Of a stretch of DNA of 27,365 bases, positions 1 to 10,400 are shown piece by piece. Origin of the DNA: Vicugna vicugna (Eukaryota); the NCBI GenBank assembly GCA_013265495.1, contig MU058824.1, positions 6,219,245-6,246,609 on the forward strand, in the 5' to 3' direction. The translations under genes were made by a program, and so were the position numbers. Numbering within the stretch: the stretch's first letter is position 1; each line of letters starts with the position of its first letter. The notes beneath the pieces were generated by a model that was not told the DNA's origin, made no database searches, and saw nothing but the letters and a program-made list of their open reading frames with translations.

Positions 1-592
1 TGTAATTCAAAAAGATACATGCACTCCAATGTTTATAGCAGCACTACTTACAATAGTCAAGATATGGAAACAACCTACATATCCATCGACAGATGACTGG
101 ATAAAGAAGCTGTGGTATATTTATACAATGAAATACTACTCAGCCATAAAAAAGAATAAAATAATGCCATTTGCAGCAACATGGATGGGCCTGGAGATTG
201 CCATTCTAAGTGAAGTAAGTGAGAAGGAGAAAGAAAGATACCATATGATATCACTCATTAGTGGAATCTTTAAAAAAGACACAAATGAACTTATTTACAA
301 AAGAGAAAAAGATTCAGACATAGAAAACAAACTTAATGGTTGCCAAGGGGTAAAATGCGTGGGAAGGAATAAATTGGGAGTTTGAGATTTACAGATATTA
401 ACTACTATATACAGAATAGATAGACAACAAGTTTCTACTGTATAGCACATGGAACTATATTCAATATCTTGCTGTAACCTATAATGAAAATGAATATGAA
501 AAGAAATATATTTATGTATATGAAACATTATGCTGTGCATCAGAAATTGACACAACACTGTAAACTCACTATACTTTAATTTAAAAAAAAAA
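1..592 (+). mobile_element. LINE-1 3' end (ORF2 C-terminus, 3' UTR, poly-A tail), fairly young, cetartiodactyl/camelid type
   Basis: ORF 29-385 reads MFIAALLTIVKIWKQPTYPSTDDWIKKLWYIYTMKYYSAIKK...FAATW, the L1 ORF2p C-terminal signature. It is followed by a typical L1 3' UTR and an A-run at about 583-592. Confidence 0.95.
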
Positions 593-1403
593 GCAGTGGC
601 ATAGGCCTTAAATGTTTTTACTTCATTTCATTGTCACCCTAAGTATGGCATTGTTCAAATAGGATTCATACTTGGGTTGCTTTCGCTAGGCAAATAAAAC
701 AACCCAAGAATTTTTCAATAACAATGGATTTTTAAATTGGCATATTAAATCCCTCATCCACCCCGCTCCCCACCACCTTTAAGCCAAGGCACTCCTCCAA
801 TGACTTTGATTAAGCCTTTTGTAGAATTATGAACTTGGAGAGCTTTTTAAAGGAGAAAGGGATTGAACGCCAGGTGGGATTTAGCCAAAGCTGTCACAGC
901 TCTGGTTGTTACCCTTCATAATCCATCTTACTGAATCAAAAAGCAAACTGTGAACAAACAGCTTAGGCAGTTTGTTTGAAGATATACTCCTGTCTTTCTA
1001 GGAGGGATTAAGTCATGGCTACAGTTTGTTTGGAAAATGATTATCCACATGAAAATTATTAAGTTCATGTGGCTTCTCTTTTCATCTCTGGATCATAGTG
1101 ACAATAATGCTGCAGTTTTTATACTAAAACTCAGACCTTCTCCACAGTCTTTTAAAACATTGTCAAATTTTTTGCATTTGCCACAAGAATACAGAAGATG
1201 CTTTCAAACTTTTAAATAATAAGGATTCAGGCTTTGCCTTTAAAGAGGAATCACAGCAATACCAGATGTAGAGTGAAGGGGATTTTTATTCCAAACACTG
1301 GGGTTCATAAAAGCCACATGCATGCCCTGCTGCAACAGGGGAGACAGATTAGGTGGCTGAGAGCTTGAGCAAGAAGGTAAGAATAAAGGCAACCCTGTGA
1401 TAC

Positions 1404-1443
1404 ATCACAAGTAAAGTGTTTTCCCGTAGAGTGCAGAATGGAG
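1404..1443 (+). repeat. 40-bp dispersed exact repeat, copy 1 (putative donor)
   Basis: atcacaagtaaagtgttttcccgtagagtgcagaatggag is identical to 3323-3362. Confidence 0.97.
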
Positions 1444-1629
1444 TGATGTTAAATTTTCATCATGGTAAATGTATCTAAATCTTAGAATGCAGTATAATCT
1501 CTTTAAATATGTAAGCAATCAATCAGCCTCTTTTGTATCATCAAATATTGAATTTTTGATACTCAAAGTATGTTGGAATTCAGGCAACCCTTGAACTGAG
1601 GTGGCAAGCTGGAGAGTCTAGGGGGTGGT

Positions 1630-2670
1630 GTCATTCAACAAACACTAAATGGTTGCTTTATGTCAGGCACCATGGTGGGTCTTAGATAAACAGCATTAAT
1701 ACAACACTGGTCCTCTCTTCTTCAACTCATAGTCTAGTAAGGGAGACAGACCTGTAAAAAACAGTTTACTAACCACTGTGATAAAGAGCACAATAGAAGG
1801 ATAACCATTACTGAATAAACAGCACTCCATAGGATGCAAGCAAACAAAACTCCAAACAACAACTCCATTCATTCTCCCTTATAGGCCCTTTATACAATCT
1901 GCAGGCTCAATTTTTCCCTCTTGCTCTTTGAAGAAAATGTTGAGTGAGGGAAGGTCCCATAATTTTCTTAGACGTTCAAGTTACTTGCAGTGCCAAGAAT
2001 AATCTGGCTCAGTAATTATAATGTCCAGTCTTACATATTAATCAAAACACCTACTTCATTTAAAATTAAAACTTCTCTCTGCCAATTGGTAGCTGGTGTT
2101 GCAGCCTGAGAGAGTAATAAATGCAAAGGCCCTGAGGTAGGCAAATGATTAGTATGTTCAAATAACAGCAAGAAGGCCAGGAGCATGGCTAGAGTAGAAC
2201 AAACGAAAGAAAGAAGGTTGGGGATGAGATCACAGAAGTGTAAGAAAGTTAGGTTAAATGTAAGGTATGCAGAGGCCACTGGGCTTTCACAAGAAACTTC
2301 CAGGAGTTAAAAAGAGAAGCTGTTAGAAGTTTTGAGCAGAGAAGTAACATGATATAACATATATAACATCAGTCTGGCTTCAAGGTGGAGAATAAATGGT
2401 AAGGAAAGCATGGAAGTAGGAAGACAATTGGGAGGCTACCAGAAGAATTTAGGCAAGGGATGACAGTGACTTGAACCACTGTGACTGAGTAGGAAGCAGG
2501 TAGAGATCATTAGATTCTGGATATATTATTAAAGATTTAATGATGGACAAACTATAGATATGAGAGTGAGAAAAAGTCAAAGCTAACTCCAAAGTTTTTT
2601 TACTTCAAAAACTCAAAGAAGGATGTTGCTACTTATAGAAATATGGGAAAATGTGAGAAGATAAGATTTG
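1630..2670 (-). mobile_element. Old LINE-2 fragments (interrupted; boundaries approximate)
   Basis: tcattcaacaaacact...tatgtcaggcac...tcatagtctag matches the reverse-complemented L2 3' end, and tgcaaaggccctgaggtagg...aacagcaagaaggccag matches the L2 body. Confidence 0.7.
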
Positions 2671-2679
2671 ATTTAAAGA

Positions 2680-3220
2680 ACAAACAACCCAAGCAAGGAA
2701 ACAAAAGCAAAAATAAACAAATGGGCCTACATCAAACTAAAAAACACAGCAAAGAAAACCATCAACAAAATGAAAAGGCCACCTGTTGAATGGGAGAAGA
2801 TATTTGCAAACAATATATCCGATAAGGAGTTAATATCCAAAGTATACAAAGAACTCATATAACTGAATGTCAAAAAACCAAACAACCCAATCAAAAAATG
2901 AGCAGAAGAACTAAACAAACATTTCTCCAAAGAAGACATACAGATGGCCAATAGGCACATGAAAAAATGCTCAATATCACTAATTATTAGAGAAATGCAA
3001 ATCAAAACTATAGTGAGGCATCACGTCACAATGGTCAGAATTACCATCATCAAAAAATCTACAAATAATAACTGCTGAAGAGGATGTGGAAAAAAGAGAA
3101 TACTCTTTTATTGTTGGAGAGAGTGTGAATTAGTGCAGCCACTATGGGGAACAGCAGTTTTAGTTAAAAAACTAAAAATGGAGTTTTCATATGATCCAGC
3201 AATCCCACTCCCAGGCATCT
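2680..3220 (+). mobile_element. LINE-1 ORF2 distal fragment
   Basis: aaagcaaaaataaacaaatgggcctacatcaaacta...gaatgggagaagatatttgcaaac...ttctccaaagaagacatacagatggcc are L1 ORF2 sequences. The antisense ORF 2727-3005 is the usual L1 shadow ORF. Confidence 0.92.
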
Positions 3221-4130
3221 TTTAGCATAATAAAAAACAACGAACTATTGATACACACAACAGCCTAGATGAATCTCCAGAGGATTAATCTGAGTTAAAA
3301 AAAAAATCCCAACAAGTTATATATCACAAGTAAAGTGTTTTCCCGTAGAGTGCAGAATGGAGATATATATAGAGATATATATATATATATATCTCTCTAA
3401 AATTATTGAAATGACAAAATTATAAAAATGAAATACAGGATGTTGGTGTCTATATGCCAGGAATACTGATATAGCAAAAGACAACCATAAATGAAGGAGA
3501 CAGTGGTGGCAATGAGAGATTGCTTACATACAGGAACACTGATTGAACAGTAAATATATTAAGGATAATGGAATTAGATTTCTCATTGTTGGAGAAAGAA
3601 ACAAACATGGACAGGTAGAAAATTAGCATGAACCCTATGGTACTGGATTTTAACTGGAGGTGCTGGTGAACTCATGACTTTCAACATATATAGATGTAAA
3701 GAAATAAATTAAGATTTAAATATGTGAATGTGTGTTTGTGTACATATACATATACATATCCCTAGCTCTGCCCACTAAGAGGGCCTAGAAGCAGCAGCAC
3801 ACTGATAATAAATTGCACATTTAACACTGTGACCTTGTCTTGTAAATACCATTCCCCACTAAAGAAAGCAGGGTTACTTGGGGGAAATAGCTGAACCCAG
3901 AACTGGTGCAGGGAAACATATACAATGAGGTTGAAAGATCATTTTTTGTCCGAAGGAAATGATAGCAATAAATCAAAAGAACACAGAAATCAGATTGAAG
4001 TAATTAGCTAAATTTGTGACAATTTGGCACCAAAATAAACATTAACCGAATTGAATCAAATAGAAATCAAGAATCTATATTGATATAAATAGCAAGCAAA
4101 TAATTAAGTAAGTAAATAAATAAATTGAAA
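3220..4130 (+). mobile_element. Ancient L1M (L1MC/MD-like) 3' UTR remnants
   Basis: gatgaatctccagaggatta...ttgaaatgacaaaattata and ggataatggaattagatttctcattgttggagaaag...atgaaccctatggtactggattt resemble L1MC/MD 3' ends. Subfamily and limits are approximate. Confidence 0.7.
3323..3398 (+). repeat. 40-bp exact repeat copy 2 (3323-3362) followed by a palindromic (AT)n tract
   Basis: Same 40-mer as 1404-1443, followed by atatatat and then the self-complementary agag(at)n ctct tract. Confidence 0.95.
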
Positions 4131-4289
4131 CTTTGACGTGGAGTAAGATATTTGTTTTGTTTTGGAATGAGATATTTTTAAATTGATTGCAAAAATTCAG
4201 CTCTTAAACTGAAAAATCTTGCAATCTTTTGCAGGGGATGTAGTTTACTGTGAGAACTCTAGGATTTCTCTGCCCTGCACATTTTATCA

Positions 4290-4560
4290 GTTCATCCATG
4301 TAGTAGCTGACTAGTGATAGGGAAAATGAAGTGGGAGGAGTATGGAATGGCTCCTGTGTGTCATATTTGAGTGCCCAGATACTATTAATTGATGGTGGTA
4401 AGATACAAGAGAGAGAAAGTTGAGGACAAAGGAAGACAATGGATTAAATTTAGATTTTACATTGAGGATGTTTAGCATATATATTTCACTGGCTTGACAC
4501 TCAGAGGAGAATCTAGCACTTAAAAAGCTAACCACATGAGTGGATTACTCATTGAAAGAG
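4290..4560 (-). mobile_element. Degraded LINE-2 fragment
   Basis: Purine-rich stretch (aaatttagattttacattgaggatg...cactcagaggagaatctag) resembling the reverse L2 body. The match is weak. Confidence 0.45.
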
Positions 4561-5779
4561 GCTGGAGAAAGAAAAAAGCATTTAGCCTATGGCAGAAATA
4601 TGGCTTAATCAGATATTTAGGAAAATCTTAATGCTGTCTGGAATAGCAAGTACAATTATTACCAAATATGGAAAGCAAAATATTAAAATTTCAAAAAATT
4701 AGAAACTACCAAAATGTCAACAAAAAGTAGAATTTAATATTGTAGCACTTAAGATGTTATAATTAAAAATGTTATTTATGAAACTTTATAATAACATAAA
4801 AATGTTTATGATAGTGGGTGTTTTTCTTTTAAAGCAGGTATTATTTAAGCAATGTAAAAATAGGTATAGCAAAATCTGGAAAGAGATGCATCAAAATGTT
4901 AGCAGTAATTATTTTGAAGGCAGGAATCTATTAGATTCTTCCTTTTATTTTTCCTTACCTTTCCAGTTCACTAAATAATACTTTCTAATACTGAAAACAG
5001 TCACAAAAAAAAGGATTGTCTTCCCTCTTAAGATAAACATGGCTACCATTACTGATAAACCCAGAACCTGGACGTACAGCAGGCCCACAATAATCCATGA
5101 ATGTATCAATACCTCCAACTAAAGCATGTTACCTGAGATTTTCTGCTTCCTAAAAAGCTTGCAGTCCTTTCTGCGGGAGAGCCTCATGTTATGCTGTCCT
5201 GGATCTTGCAGGGCGTGACAAATCATTCTGCCTCTACCCTGTCTGTCCACTGACATTAATGCCTTGATAGGCTTTTACCTGGGGCTCCAACAAACCACTC
5301 TTATTAGACTCACTGATGAGTCCTAGAGGGAATTAAATTTCTGGTTGGCTCCTCTGAAAACAACCACCCTAGGACTGTGAGTATCCTTCTCAGTCACTGG
5401 TCCTGCAGAGAATCAGAGGTGACTTGTTAATTTAGCGTTTGGACTGGCACCTTGACGTCTCACCGTCCTTCTGACCTGTGCAGAAGTGCCACTTCCAAGG
5501 CACTGGGCTCTCTGGGGGCTGGCAAGGCCCACGTGGTTAACTGCAGCGGGGCCCCCAGCCCATTCCTTAACATCAGCCCTTAACACCATTCAAACTCTTG
5601 TCTGTTCCAGTTCTCAGGGCCAATCCATTACTACATACTAGCATCTCCGCACATCATGGACGAAATCTGAGACTTGGGTCACTTGTGCAAGCCCAGGCAG
5701 CCAGTGGAAAGTGTAGCCTTAACAGTCGTCAAATTTGGCACTAAATTTGTTACTAAGATCATCTCCACAGAGTTTCTTG

Positions 5780-6270
5780 AGTGCCCACCACGCGAAGGGG
5801 GCGGATGTCCGACAGGCGCAGCCCGATCCCCAGGGCTTCCGAGGCGGCTTGGTGTGGTGGCTCACACTCAGGGGCTGAGAGGCCGCGCGGCCCACAGGCC
5901 GGAATGGAAACGGCAGACAGAGGCAAAGACTCTTCAGGCACGGCAGAAGGGATCCAAAACCTTTCGTTATAACCTGCCTTTGAGTTAAACCTCGACTTTT
6001 GTCTTCCAGAAGCGACAGAAACAGGAGCCAGTAGCCTGAGGTGAAACGTCAAGCAACCTGCCCGGTGCGGTCGCCATTACAAAGCAAAATACCACTGCTT
6101 CTCAGGCCCCGCCCATGAACGTGATTCCCGCCCCTGAACGGGATTCCCGCCCCTGAACGGGATCCCATCCCCAGAGCACACTGGGTACAAATCCCTTCTT
6201 TTTCCGTTTCTCCAGGGGTTTCTGAGCTCCACTGCACACTCGCCGCCGTCGCCGCCGTGATGAGGTAAAT
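5780..6270. promoter_or_regulatory. CpG-rich promoter-like region, possibly bidirectional
   Basis: The only CpG-dense stretch in an otherwise CpG-depleted window. It has GC boxes (ggggcgg near 5798, cccgccc x3), a YY1-like cgccatt at 6072-6078 and a CRE half-site (acgtca near 6046). Confidence 0.75.
6108..6164. repeat. 3 x 19-bp tandem repeat, each unit carrying an Sp/KLF GC box
   Basis: cccgcccatgaacgtgatt / cccgcccctgaacgggatt / cccgcccctgaacgggatc. Confidence 0.95.
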
Positions 6271-7386
6271 GCTGTCTCTGTCCTCTGGGATGGTAGATAA
6301 ATAAGCCAGATATGTTCCACATGGTGTGAAAAGTGTTGTGAATTAAAAAGTAAGGACAGATCGCACTGTGGGAGGATAGTGCTATCAAGCTAAGTATCCT
6401 GAAGAGATTTCTCTCAGGAGCAGCTCTTCCTGTTCTTCTAGGTGCTCGTACAAGCAGGGAGACCTCATTGTTGAATTCAAAATGTACCTTCCAGACAGAT
6501 TAGCACCTCATGTATAACAGATTCTTCAACCAGACCCACTCAGTTCCTAGACCCTGCCCTGGCCAGCCCAGTGTCCATAGCTGCAAAACCCATCCATACA
6601 CACCCCACTCAGTGATCATCCACCTGTGAGACACTCTGGACTCAGCAACTTTTTCTAAAGGAAAGTAAGTCACTATTTTCAGGAAAATATTCATATCCCT
6701 TGTCCTTTTCAGAATTACAAATTCAGTCTTCCCTACTGCTCCAGTAAGGGTAGAGGAAGGGGAAGGGCAAAGTGTTACCCACTTGCATTAGGGTAAGGTA
6801 AGGGATGGGGAACATGGCCCATCACCACAAACTTCACAAGATACAGAAGGGCTCTTAGGAGCAAGTGACATTTATTCCTCACTAAGAGACCAAGAAAAAG
6901 ATTTCTCTCTACCACTAACCGTAAGGACTAAACATCCTCCAAAACTCTGAGGCAACAGAGGTGAATTCTGGTTATATTATGCCAGAGTATCTCATCCCAC
7001 CCTATAGCTATATATAGTGCAGGATAGTTTGAGATTAGAGTAAAGAGATAGTTTGAGGCAAGTTCTGGACTTTAAGGGTTTTTCTCATTTTGGAAAAGCC
7101 TGAAAATTTTTAGAGTAAAGGTTTTGTACTTTTTATAGAAAAATAAAGTTTTTTTAAGTACAGGACATCTGAGCAAGATCAAATAAAGGACCCCAAGATA
7201 AAACTGAGAAGGCCACTGTCAGGATCCCTGCAAGGAACTGGTCATCTTTTAGAAGCCAAGAGAGGAGATCAGTATGAGCTGAACTATACCTCTTCCTTTC
7301 CCTACACACAAGTCCCAGGATACCCAAAACCCATGCCCCCAGTGCAGTACACAGAGAATGCTAATGTTTCTCTATTAGAAGGAACA

Positions 7387-7392
7387 TTTATT
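7387..7392 (-). terminator. Polyadenylation signal AATAAA of SPATA31 gene A
   Basis: tttatt on the + strand, about 100 nt past the stop codon. The context (aacatttattg) is conserved in the paralog at 21459-21464. A second AATAAA lies at 6871-6876. Confidence 0.75.
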
Positions 7393-7494
7393 GAGGAGGA
7401 TCAATATTCTCGGTTGTATACTAAAGAAAAATTGTTCTCATCAGAAGATGTGTTATCATGAAATCTGCAAGTTTTTTCAAGGACTGAATGAGTT

Positions 7495-10400
7495 CTATGG
7501 GGAAATTTTTTCTCCCTGGAAGTGCTGGAGAAGCAATTTCGGTTTGAATAGAAGACTCAAATCTCTGAACACAGTGCCTTTATCAGGGGTGAGAGTGGCC
7601 GAAGGGACCTGGCATTCTTCGTGCATGCAGGTGGGGCTTGGATGGAGTACAGGCTCCCTGGACGACAGGGAAGAGGGTTGAGTCTGGCATAATACCTGGT
7701 CTTCAAAGGCCACAACTTTCTGGTGATGTCTGATCCTGTCTCTGTTCTGTCTGACACTTGTAAGACAACTCTGGTCAGCAGAAACATCTTCTTGGTTAGA
7801 GGACTTGGTACTTGCCCATTCCTCTTGCTGTGAGTCAGAGAGATCCCCACAGTTGAAAGGATGTGCCTGGTCAGGTTCTCCCTGGGTCTGAAGTTCCTTC
7901 TTGTGCTGACTTAACTCCGAGGTCTCAGATTCGAACCTATGTGCCAGTTTCTCCTCTAGGATCTTCCCAATGGCTGTCATGAGCTCCTGAGCTTCAGGAG
8001 GCCCATAATTCACAAAGACAGCTGCACTTTCAACTGAGTCTTGATGCTGCACAGAGGTTGACATGAATTTGGCTTTTTGCTGGGGACTTTCCTGGTCTTT
8101 GATTTTTCTTTTACAATCAATCCACTGAAAAAATTGCCTCATCTTTTTTTTGAAGTAACTTTCAGGAGGAAGCTGTTCATTCTGTGACAGAGATGGGGAA
8201 GTGTCCTTTAATTCTTGGTTCTCAACAGGGTGGCTCTTCTTTCTGGCTTTAGATGTCCCTTTTCCTGAATCCTCACTTCTGTATTCCCCTGCTTTGGAGC
8301 CCAGAGGTCTCACTCTCTTATCTGGGCACTTCCATAAGACGTGCTTAGAGGGATCCCGCCACTGCTCTGTGCTGATCCCGCTGTCCTCCAGGTGGACATG
8401 CAGCACCTGGGAAGCCGCTGTGTCCCCACTGGAGATACCCTGGGCATGAGTCAGTGAAGACTTGGAAGGCAAGCTGTCTGAAGTCAGGGGCATGTCAGTG
8501 GGACAGTGTTGAGCCAGGCTATGCTTCTCACTCTCCAGTTTAAACTTTAACTCACTGAAAAGCTGTTTGTGCAGGTCTGATACTTTAGAGTCTTGAGGAA
8601 CAAACATTTTTGGTGAGGGAAATTGAGTGGTCAGAGTAGTTTCTACTTTATTTGTATTGACATTTGTCATTTGGGAGCTTTCCAACTTGCTGGTTGTCAA
8701 GATGTCACAAGATCGTGATTTAAGAGCACACAGCTTCTTGGCCTTGAATGTCTCACTGGGCATGTTGGACATGAAAGAATGTTCTAAATTCTTCTCCCAC
8801 ATCTTTTGGCCCTGAATCATTTCCACTCTATCACTGGAGTTCACATTCTCATCCCTTGGCTCATGTCTACCCCCAGCTTGCCTTATGGGCACCTCTGAAG
8901 TGCATCTGTTGTCTCGTATAGTCTCCCTCTGACTCACTTTGTCTTTGTCTCTGTGTGTGAGGAGCTGAAAAGTCTGTCTGCCACGCTCAATTGTCTGGAT
9001 GTTTCCTGCAAGCTTCTGGTCGATATCAGAGTGTGATGGTTGCAGAGTCCCCTGTCCTTCATTGCCCACAGATGAGATAACAGGGAGAGGACGATCCAGC
9101 ATGGTGACTGAATTTGTAGTTCTTACCTTGCTTCCCTGAGAAGTTTTAGAGCTTCCTTCAAGGAGCTTGGAAACCTCACCTTTGGAATCCACCCCAGAAA
9201 TATGGATGGTTGAGGAGGGAAAGTCAAACTGGGGGAGAGGCCATGTTTTGGTTTCTCTCAATATATAGAATTTTATGGATTCAAGAACCTTGAGAGGCAG
9301 TCCCCACCTCTGACTCACACGAAACCTTAAAATATGGGCTTCGAGTACTTTTAGGGTATTGGGATCAAGAAAAGAAAGCTCTAGAGTGCTAATCTGGCTG
9401 TAGACCTTACCTACCATTGTGTTTTTTGAATTTGTGTCTTCCATATTGGTCTGAGAACTCCCGGAAAGAGGCCATGTACTGTCGTCAGCCAGCCATGAAC
9501 GACACACACCTATAGGAATCCTACCCGCAGTGATCTGCCAAGACTTCGTGCTCACATGTAATCTAAGAATGGTTTTTGTTTGATTCCAGTCTGTGTCCTT
9601 CCTTGAGACATTTAATAATTCATTCCCCAGGTGATTCCTTGAGTGACACACACAGTTACTTTTTGTCTCCAAGGCAGCCCTTAGATTGTGTACTAGGTAG
9701 CATCCTGAAACCCTTTGTGGGCTGTCTTCTGGGCCCTTCTCTAAAATATACCCAAGATTCTTCCTCATGTCATTCCTTAGCTGAAACTGTGTTGGAACCC
9801 TCTCATGAAAACTTCCTGGGAGACCTAACTGACTTTTCCCTACATCGTTTCTACTCTGGCCCTGAAGCTCAGAGAGTTGTAAGTGAACATGTGTGCTTTT
9901 CTGCTGAGGTACTTCTGTTAATTTACACTGAGGCACCGTCAATGTTGTTGACTCTAGATTCCTACAGGCTTGGAGATACCAGCGAGGAATTAGTCTCCTT
10001 GGAACATGGAGCTCCAATTTTTCCTGGGGTTCTCCTGGGATAATATGAAAATGGCCAGGAAGGATGGAGACTGGTACATAGGTGTGGGGAGACCGGCTGA
10101 CTAATGGGAGGTTGGGAGCTTGAGGACAAGTGGCTTCTTGAGATTTTTGGAGCACAGGAACTAAACCGCAGAAACTTCCCTTCTGTTTCTGCAATACATG
10201 CCGTTCCAGGTATTGATTTTCAGTTGCAATGTGAAAGTCTGACTCATTCTGGAATCTATGGAAAGACACTCCACAGTCCCCAACCTGGGATGGGGAAGAC
10301 GGTAGAATTGGGAGTCGGGATTGAAGGTGGACCTGGGGCCAGACCTGACTGAAAATTAGGGGCTGGGATTGGGGCATAGTTTGAGGCAAGGGTTGCGGAT

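Noticed and set aside
29..3005. ORFs 29-385, 295-558 and 2727-3005 (also 14408-16161 and 19729-20151) as host genes
   Set aside because: They are sense or antisense translations of LINE-1 remnants.
6108..6164. 19-bp repeats as a CRISPR-like array
   Set aside because: Units are directly adjacent with no spacers, and the context is mammalian.
5674..6388. Cluster of short ORFs in the CpG region
   Set aside because: Expected in GC-rich, stop-poor promoter DNA. No homology was recognised, and the minus-strand ATGGCG frame closes after about 30 codons.
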